DNA from: the human T2T-CHM13v2.0 reference genome, Homo sapiens
Assembly (NCBI RefSeq): GCF_009914755.1
Contig: NC_060925.1
DNA: 64,000 bases
Direction: 5' to 3' (one strand)
Position numbers and translations under genes: made by a program. Below the pieces are notes generated by a model. That model was not told the origin of the DNA and made no database searches. It worked only from the letters and a program-made list of their open reading frames with translations. Of this stretch, positions 51,859-64,000 are shown one piece after another; the stretch's first letter is position 1; each line of letters begins with the position of its first letter.

Positions 51859-52636
51859 CTGAGGATTAGGGGAAAAAAAATCAGCGTTATAATTTTAACA
51901 AACAAAGCTGGCAAATATAATTCTCCAATACTATATCTGAGATTAAATTACTACTCATCTTGGAGTGCTTTTTACTAAATTCTGAAAAAATACAAAGCAA
52001 TGAGTTTATGCCTAAGGAAACTCACTAAGTTTAAAACTTATTTTACTATACCATTAAAGTGTTATTCCTTTTTGTATCTTTAGTTTCTGCCTTGAAACTG
52101 AGAAGAAAAGTTATAAAACAAGCAAGTAACATCTACCTTGATTTAAACTAGGCTCTACAGATGCTAAGAATACATTGGAGGAATCTTTCCATAAAGATAC
52201 AATGTTGAACTAAAAAGCTCAATGAAAATATACAAAAAAACCCCTAAAAATGAAAATGATATCAGTGCATTCTAGGTTAGACCATTCTAACTATGAAACC
52301 TGAAAGAAAAAAGGATTAGGTTTCTTTCAATACTGTGATGACAAACAGGAGTTCTATATACACCTATAGAATTTACATATACACCTAAAATAAGGGGTAA
52401 GACTGTAATGATGAGACTCTCATTAGGAAAAAAAATACATCCCCAGTCCCCACCCCTATGTATACTTTAGCTACAAGTATGAATGATCCAGGGTCATCAC
52501 TTGGGAACAGTGCATTCAGTTCTGCCAATACTTAGGAAATATCACATGATGAAAAAAAAAGTAACTTGAGGAAGTGAGAATGTGACCACTATATTTTCTG
52601 AGATCCAATATCCAAAGAATTGGTAAAAATGACTCA

Positions 52637-52986
<350 letters not shown>

Positions 52987-53099
52987 TTAAATGAAACCAA
53001 CTAGCCCCTTGGTAATACTAAAAGTATTTTAGAAAATGGAAAACTGAAAATGAAGGTCCTAATAATATATGGAAGCAAGGATGCCTTTCAGAAGAAATC

Positions 53100-53234
53100 T
53101 TTTTTTTAAAAATTTTTGTAGAGATGGGGTCTTGCTATGTTGCCCAGGTTGGTCTCAAACTCCTGGACAAAGTGATCTTCCTGCCTTGTTCTCCCGAAGT
53201 GTTAGGATTACAGGTGTGAGCCACCGTGCCCTGG
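53100..53234 (-). mobile_element. FLAM or Alu monomer
   Basis: Single arm; TSD agaagaaat. Confidence 0.8.
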
Positions 53235-53286
53235 CAGAAGAAATAATTTCTTTGCATCACTGCTGATATTATCCCTCCAATACTGA

Positions 53287-53598
<312 letters not shown>

Positions 53599-53975
53599 AG
53601 TTATGATCATCTTTAAGAAAGATTATAAATATCTGAAAACAATAAGAAACAAAGCTACTAAAACAAATTAAATTATGGTATCTCCCTATAGATAGTAATC
53701 ACCTAATACATTTGAACTTTAAAAAGATAGAAAAATAAAGCTATAATAATCCAAGAGTTTCAATATTATACAAAATTTAAGAGCAGCAATATAAAACTAG
53801 AAAAAAAAGAAACGAGGCCATTCCACACATTTAAAATTTTTGCTTTACTCTGTCAATATACTATTTTAGAATTCATTATGGCAGCCAAATAAAATTCATG
53901 GCCTTTTAAATTAAAACTTTTTTGAAGAAAAAAGGTTTTCTTCAAAATAAATTTTTCTTCAAAAATAAAACTGTT

Positions 53976-54290
<315 letters not shown>

Positions 54291-55149
54291 CTATTTACAC
54301 CTAAGGGGTATGCTTTATTAAAAGTTATTCTGTTGCTGCCCCTTCTCCCATCCATTATTGCCTTAATGGGCCATCTTGTAACTAGCTGGTCTCTCTCCTG
54401 TGTTAGGGTTACCAGTTTCTCCAGCAAGAACACTGGGAAGCATCCCCACTTACCCCTTTTCTCTCCAATTCAGTCTAATAAATCCAAATAAATAAATTTA
54501 TTGCCTAAATTGATTTCAAATCTGTCCTTTTTCATTTTCACAGCCAATGTGTTGGTTTAAGCCCTTGTATCTTGCCTCTGGAAAACGGCAAACTATTTTT
54601 CTGGCATAAGTATTCCCCTCTGCCTTATCAACTATTGTTCACACCAACAAAAGTTATTAAAATACAAATCTGATACCAGTTTACTCTTTATAATCCTTTA
54701 ATTTTGTCCCCTGCATACAGAATAAAGTTCAACTTCTTATGAAGGTATATAAGGCCCTCTATTATTTGGCCCCTGCTTACCTAATCATCATCTTCTCTCA
54801 TCATAACCCAGCTATCTGATTTATCTTAGATGGCCATACTCTCATGCCTCTGTGCCTTTCCACTAACTTTTCCTTTTGCGAGAGAAAAGGCCTTCTCTCA
54901 ACCATTTGCCTACTTACTATAAGCATTAACTCCTACATAAGCAAGTGGTGATATTTACCTGACCTGCCAAGTGGTTATGCCCTCCTTCTAAGAGCTTTCA
55001 TTGCATACATGTATGTTTTGTTTATAGCACATATCTCATTGAATTCTTTTAAAAAAATCAATGCATGTGGACATAATAAAAAAAGTATAAAAGGGTTATA
55101 AAATAAGAAGTAAACATTTCCTCTACCTTCTACCCTCTACTTAATAACT

Positions 55150-55471
55150 CTTTTTTTCTTTTTTAATTTGGAGACAGAGCTCGCTCTGTTACCCAAGCTG
55201 GAGTGAAGTGGTGTGACCATGGATCACTGTAGCCTCGACCTCCTAGGCTCGAGTGATCCTCCGGTAGCCTCAGCCTCCCAAATAGCTAGGACCACAGGTG
55301 TGTGTCATCACACCCAGCTTTTTTTTTTTTTTTAATTTTTTGTAGAGATGGAAGTCTTGGTCTTGCCATTTTGCCCAGGCTGGTCTCAAACTCCTGGCCT
55401 CAAGTGATCCTCTCGCCTTCGTCTTCCAAAGTGTTGGATGGGATTACAGGCGTGAGCCATCATGCCTGGCC
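55150..55471 (-). mobile_element. AluJ-like
   Basis: Diverged dimer. Confidence 0.88.
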
Positions 55472-55565
55472 TACGCATTAATATTTAAACTGTTTTTAGT
55501 TCTGTTGGTCACTTCCATAAAGATTAATATGGTTGTATCTATAGCTCATGAGATACCAGCTTTAA

Positions 55566-56010
<445 letters not shown>

Positions 56011-56594
56011 TCCATGCCTATTTTTTCTACTCCTTGAAGACAAGGAGTCTTATTTTTCTTTGATCTTAACCCAGGAAGAAATATTTAGTGTATAAATGGA
56101 AAGTTTATTTTGATTCTGAGGTGGGTATGTCTAGGAAATGCAGTTGTAAGGCAGTTTGAATTACTTTAAGGGTTTATTTTCGTTTTGAGCATTGCAGTCT
56201 GCAAATGTGGCAGAAAGTTGTAATATGTTTAGATAGAATCTGATCCTAATTTGTAATTATGTAAAAGAACTGACTGCATTTATATTTCATATTAAAAGCA
56301 GATATAAAAAAATTTTAAATAATATTTTGGGTTCAATTAAATAACTTCATAAAATAAACTTAAAATTCTGTTATACAAATACATGAAACATATATTGATA
56401 CTTAATTCACTCTATGATCTTAGGTAAGATCTCTATGCCTAAGACTCAACTACGAAATAAAGATAATAATGGAATTTACCGAGTTGTTGTGAGGTTCTAT
56501 AAATTCATTTAAAGTGGTTGGAACAGTACCTTCAGATAACAACTTAATGAATGTTAGTGGTTATTATTAAATAAACATTTATGTTATTATTTAG

Positions 56595-56897
<303 letters not shown>

Positions 56898-57664
56898 TAT
56901 GTTATTATTTATTATTACTGCTACTCAGGAGTCTTAGTGATTCTTACATTGAATGTGAACTGTTGCCAAACATTATTCATATGTTTTAAAAAACCTTCTT
57001 TGTGAATAATGCTTTTATATTATAATTAGAATATGTTAAAGACATTTAGATTTTTGCTTTGAAGATACCAGTCCATGTACTGATGCTTACAGACACACGA
57101 CAAAAGTGAAGCTATTTTAAGCAACTGTGAAATTTCTTTAGTGACTACAATTTCACGCAGTTAGCTTAACCTCCATTTCATCCTTCTATGTTTTACACAT
57201 CAGTAGCATTCTCTTTCTGACAGCCTGAAGCCTAAAATTTGCCATTGTCTTAAATAATGCTGTTTAAGCTGACTTATGAGTAACTGCAACTGGCTACACA
57301 ATAGCCACGCAAATTGAAAACAACTAAATGTTTTGATGCTCTTTTACCGAATTAAGAAAAATTACATGATTTATATAAAATATTATCTGGCTGGGCCTTA
57401 AATAAAGCCCAATTTGGGAACATATTCTTGAAAAACACCAAGTGACAGGAGCCATTAAAGTCTGTGGTAAACTGAGAAATAAGGATTTGGTAATTTTAAA
57501 TAAAAACTAGTAACGAAATTCTATTATTAATATTGTTAAGTACAAATGGCAAAAGGGGCCTTCAGAAAGACAGCCCAGTGTTTTATATTGAACTCATTCA
57601 ACTTCTTAAAGTAACTCCGAAGCAGGTCTTACTATTAACATTTTCAAAATAAAAGGTAAAATAG

Positions 57665-57880
57665 CACAGAGGTTTAAAAACCTGGGGGCTCTAGAATCAA
57701 ATAGACCTGAGATAAAACCAGGTTTTGGCATCTAATCGCCAGTTAACGGTAGGCAGATTATACCCTAGTTTCCTCTTCTATTAAATAGGGATAATAGTAT
57801 TTACATTATAGGGTTGTTGTGAGGATTAAATAGATAATGTAGGTAAAACACTTAGCGTATAACCAGTGTAAAATAAACAC
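57665..57880 (+). mobile_element. MIR
   Basis: gtttcctcttctattaaatagggataatagta...gttgttgtgaggattaaatagataatg. Confidence 0.65.
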
Positions 57881-57981
57881 TAATGTAAGGTAATGTAATT
57901 ATGACAAAATTGAAGATCCTGGAGTAATGTGCTAGCTCAATCACAAAGTCAGTAAGAAGCTGAGATGAAAATTAAACTCTC

Positions 57982-58333
<352 letters not shown>

Positions 58334-59217
58334 TTATAAAAAGAGAGAAAGAGGTAAGCTTCTAATGAGGTATACATGTTAATTAATATTACTTCTGTAC
58401 TGTCTCTGGCCTGTTGGAGTGCATGCAAATATCAAGGCAGAGTGTAATACATATAAAAAAATGATAATGCTACTATATAAAGCAGGTGACTTAAATTAGT
58501 CTAGTTCCAACTAGGAAATGGGAGTGGGAAGTGGAGGGCATCCAATTATATTCATAAATTTATGTTATACACTGCTTAGGTCCACTTATTCAATTCTAGT
58601 ATAATAAGATTAATATTGAAGATAAGTGTTTTTATTATTTTCCTATTATCTGGAAAGTAGATCTTTAAGTGAAAACAAAAGGCTTTTATCAAATCCCTGA
58701 CCTGCTGAATTATTTGCCAGAAAAAGTAATGGCATGATTTGGTGATCTGCAGCCTATGCTTCTACTGGTATTTTGTGAAGGGGACCAAGATGTTCTAAAA
58801 CTCAGATAAATCTCTTCTCAACCTGGAGGTTTTTTTTTTTTTTTTTTTAAGTATTACTTTTAAGCTTTTCTCTTCCCAATTTTTCTTAAGCCTTTGAAAT
58901 CTGTTACCAGGTGATAGGTTACACATATAAATAAGAGAAGAATATTAGTAGAAAAATTTGAAATAATTGCGATTTGTTTGATAGCTTGCTTTGTTTTTTT
59001 ATGAAATAATTATTTTTATATTACAAACATATAGCTCAATTTATTTTCTGCTATAATGTTACTTCTAATTTTAAAAATATCATGGTTTCCTCCTGATCTG
59101 TCATCTGAATAGTAAAAACCAATAAATAATATATTTTATTCTAAACTGACTTTAAAATATGAGTCTCCTTCAATTTTCTGACTAGGTTTGTCATAGAAAA
59201 TTGAGCTCTACCTGGAC

Positions 59218-59545
59218 AACTGGGTGTGTTGGTTTATGCTTGTAATCCCAGTGACTTGGGAGTCCCAGGGAGAGGATAGCTTGAGGCCAGGAGTTCAAGA
59301 CCAGTTTGGGCAACATGGTGAGACCTTGTCTCTACAAAAATAGAAAATTAGCTGGGGGTGATGACGCATGTCAATAATCCCAGCTACCTGGGAGGCTGAG
59401 GCAGAAGCATCACCTGAGCCCTGGAGTTGGAGGCTGCTGTGAGCTATGACTGCACCACTACATTCTAGCTTGGGTGACAGAGGGAAACCCTATCTCTAAA
59501 ACAACAACAACAACAACAACAACAAACAAACAAAAAAACCAAAGA
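59218..59545 (+). mobile_element. AluJ-like with (AAC)n tail
   Basis: Diverged dimer. Confidence 0.88.
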
Positions 59546-60069
59546 AAATTAAGCTCCACTTTAACATTGGTCTTGAGACATTTTTTATTAGCACAACCTT
59601 TTTTCCTCCAAATGCAATCTTTCATACATTTTCAAGTGATCAAAACGGCACACATTTATAAAGTGGAAAATTTGTAGTATTTTCCTTTTTAAAATGTGTC
59701 AGTTGAAAGGACTTAAAAATTTGAAAGTAGGATTGTGTTTGACATAATTTATTTCTGTATTAGGTTTCATACAAGTAGTTATAAATAGTAAAAATTTTCA
59801 TACTAATTCTGTAAGAATATATTTCCTCTTGATTCGACTAATCCAGGAACTTGAAAGTGGAATAAAAGATACTGCTCCAAATTTTAACACTGGCAAATCT
59901 GATAGTTTATATTTCATATCTATTTTCTTTTACCCTACTTTGTCAATAGCAATTATTATCATGCTATTCTGAGTTCTCCAAATTTTCTGTTCTTTCTGGC
60001 TTTTATCATCAGCAAACCAGATTACTACTACTACTATTACTGCTGCTGCTGTCATCGCCACCTGCAGCA

Positions 60070-60300
60070 AGTATTTACCTACTACTTGTTATATGCTAGA
60101 CACAATTTTAAGCAGTGCATGCATATTAACTTATTTAATCCTCATAATCGCCCTATGAGACAGGAACTATAATTATCCCCAATTTATAGTTATAAAAACA
60201 GACACACAGTAATCAGGTAATTTGTCCAAGAACACTCGCTGAGTAGCAGAGAATATCTGAATCTAGACAGTCTGGTTCTATAGTCTATCTTAACCATTAG
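60070..60300 (-). mobile_element. MIR
   Basis: tttaatcctcataatcgccctatgaga...attatccccaatttatag. Confidence 0.6.
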
Positions 60301-60605
60301 TCTAAACTTCTTTGTTTTTAATCAAAACTGAACAATAAATTAGGCTGAAATAATTTGTTTATTATTTCACACAGATAAGCAATTCAGCTAAGTGAATTCT
60401 TATCTCCAGAGGTGCTCTGGTTTGGTACCAGCTTGACCTTCAGAATAGTAGTTCAGAAATAAGGCAAGTGTAAATGCAAAAGACTAAAAATGCTAAAACC
60501 AATTATATCAAAATATTTTGAAGGAGGAAGAAAGAAACTACAAGGACCTTGGGAAACCAAGATCTAAAAAAGAAAAGGTACTAACTAAAGAAATAGTGGG
60601 ATATA

Positions 60606-60910
60606 GGCCAGGCGCGGTGGCTCACGCCTGTAATCCCAGCACTTTGGGAGGCCGAGGGGAGTGGAACACCTGAGGTCAGTAGTTTGAGACCAGCCTGTCC
60701 AACATGGTGAAACCCCATCTCTACTAAAAATACAAAAACTAGCCGGGTGTGTTGGCAGGTGCCTGGAATCCCAGCTGCTTGCGAGGCTGAGGCAGGAGAA
60801 TCGCTTGAACCTGCAGGAGAATTGCTTGAACCTGGGAGGTTGCAGTGAGCTGAGATCCTGCCATTGCACTCCAGCCTGGGCAACAAGAGCAAAACTTTGT
60901 CTCAAAACAA
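60606..60910 (+). mobile_element. Alu (S family) with a 21-nt internal duplication and G-rich tail
   Basis: gcaggagaat(c/t)gcttgaacct occurs twice; TSD ggatata. Confidence 0.9.
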
Positions 60911-61683
60911 AGAGGGGGGGAGGGGGAGGGGCGGATATAGTTAGGGAAAAAAAAGTTCTAAAATAACATCTCAAAGCAGCTGAAATCATTATTAAGAACC
61001 TTGATTAAGGAAATAATGAAAAAAAGCATCCAGCAGCCATAAGCAAGTTCAAGTGCACAGAATTTGCAAGATTATAAAAAGATGAGAAAAATAACCCACT
61101 TATTTAACCCACTAAAATACTACACTTAATCTTACAGATCTTAGAAAATAGTGAATAGTTCAAAAATTCTAACAGAAAAAATATTTATATGTATCCCAAG
61201 AAAATCCCAGGAAACAATTTTAATCTGATGGTCATGTATACTTTGAAAAAATACCTATTAAGGTGAGTGGTCAAATTGGAATCACTAAAAAGTTGTGCTA
61301 AATAATTAACATTATCTCTTTTTAGATAGATTTGGGATGCTTATGGCATCCTTGTAAGTAAAATGTAGAAACGGGAGATCTATATTTGTAGTTAGATAAT
61401 TATAACCAAAGAGTGTTACCAATGGCTAACTGCCAACATGGAGACAAGTTTCCTTATTCTTTCAGTTTTTAAAAATATATTTCAGGATATAAGTGAAATA
61501 TATGAAAAAGATATTTATCAAGTAGCTATGAAGTTATGTATATTTTCAACATAGCTTTTAAAAAAATCACCTTTTCCAACTTGTTCTTAGTAAAAACAGC
61601 CTTATTCAAGGGCAAGAACTTATGAAATACTGTGTGCTAAAGGCTGGAGATTCATAAACATTTAAAAAAAAAATCAAAGAGCA

Positions 61684-61981
<298 letters not shown>

Positions 61982-63220
61982 TTATTTTTTGGGAGAGAAA
62001 GAAAAGCAAAACAATAGATATAATATAGTGTAAATCAAAGTATCCCTAAGTGTTTTGGGAATACAAAAGTGTAGCTAACATAACCTGGGAGTGATACTGG
62101 TGGTGTGTAAGGTTGGGGAGAAGTCTAAGAAGATGGGAAGCTGAGCTAAATCTTCTAAATCATCTAAAGTAGAAGTGGTTTACTCTAGTAATTGAGGAAT
62201 AAAGATATAAAATATCTAGGGGACTGCTTACCTAGTACCTAGCTCTGCTCTTTACCTGAGAACTGCTTCATCTGTCTGCTTTCCAATACACCATTCTACA
62301 TAGCTACTATGCAGCTAACAGGTTCTTGCATTATTCCACAACCCTAGCTAATAAGTGGTTAGTGATCCAACTAGGACAAACAACAATCCTTGTCAAAAAT
62401 TTCAAAAAAATTTTTTGAAAGCCAGTCAGTAGTGAGACAAAGAATATGCCAAAGCAAAAAAGAGGCTGCAAGAGCCTGTCAGTCTCCAATTTTTAGCTGC
62501 TCCTTCCTCCCAGGTTGCTGCTCAACTGTGGAGTCCATGAGTCAAAAGATTAACTACTTTCCTTAAACCAGCTAAAATGGTTGGACAAGGAAGTTCATAA
62601 ACAAGATCAATGGGAAGAGTTATACTCAACTGGACTGGGTATCTTTACCCTTCTAAAGATTCAATATATAAAGCTGAAGTCACTTATATTCCTTAGTAAA
62701 TACTAACTGTACAAAAACAGTACTAAAATTTAAGTACGTTTTGTTTCATTAGTTTACATTTTCTTCGAGCTACAAATTAGTTATGATTTTTACAATAAGT
62801 CAACATCCTTACCAATAATGTCTGTAAATTATACCCGGGTTGTGAGCAAAGCCATTTAAAACAGTAGTAAAATAACTGATCAAAAATCTCATTCTAGCTT
62901 GTATTTGAGACGCTGAGTAGGTCTTTTATGATCAAAACTGGAAGGGAGGGAGACCAAATAAAAATAGTGGAATATCAATCAGCAGAATGACAAGGGGTTT
63001 CAAAGACATTTTCTGCTTTTTTGGGAATAATTTCTAACAAAAATTTTATGCCTCTGGCTATCAAAGTCTAAATTCAGTTTGTTGAAAAAGTGACCATTAC
63101 TAAAAATGAGTCTCATCCTTAGATAGACCTATATAAAGCATCCAACTAATTAAGAACCAAAAATGAATGTCCTGGTAACATTTTTTTATTATGTACAAAT
63201 AGCTAAAGCATTCTATATAA

Positions 63221-64000
<780 letters not shown>

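Noticed and set aside
53919-53965. TTTTGAAGAAAA/TTTTCTTCAAAA inverted repeat with a duplicated arm
   Set aside because: Low-complexity AT-rich sequence, best explained by local slippage.

Overview
Human (or great-ape) genomic DNA, very Alu-rich. The only protein-coding gene I can support is SELENOF (SEP15, 15-kDa selenoprotein F) on the minus strand. Its last three coding exons are 45353-45416, 32766-32815 and 28187-28318, and exons 1-2 lie beyond the right edge. The exon at 45353-45416 carries an in-frame TGA (Sec) in a C-G-U motif, and the 3'UTR holds a type-2 SECIS at about 27514-27600. The ORF track misses this gene; nearly all listed ORFs are Alu artefacts. Bases 1-27,000 are downstream intergenic DNA full of Alu, MaLR/ERV LTR, L1, MIR and DNA-transposon fossils, and an SVA begins at the right edge. 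The best novel-looking signal is a well-formed 41-nt candidate cassette exon (51818-51858) in intron 2. Including it shifts the Sec exon into an overlapping stop-free frame that bypasses the UGA. If the 50-nt exon 4 is also skipped, the native C-terminus is restored, predicting a selenium-independent SELENOF isoform. Repeat boundaries and subfamily names were read by eye and are approximate.
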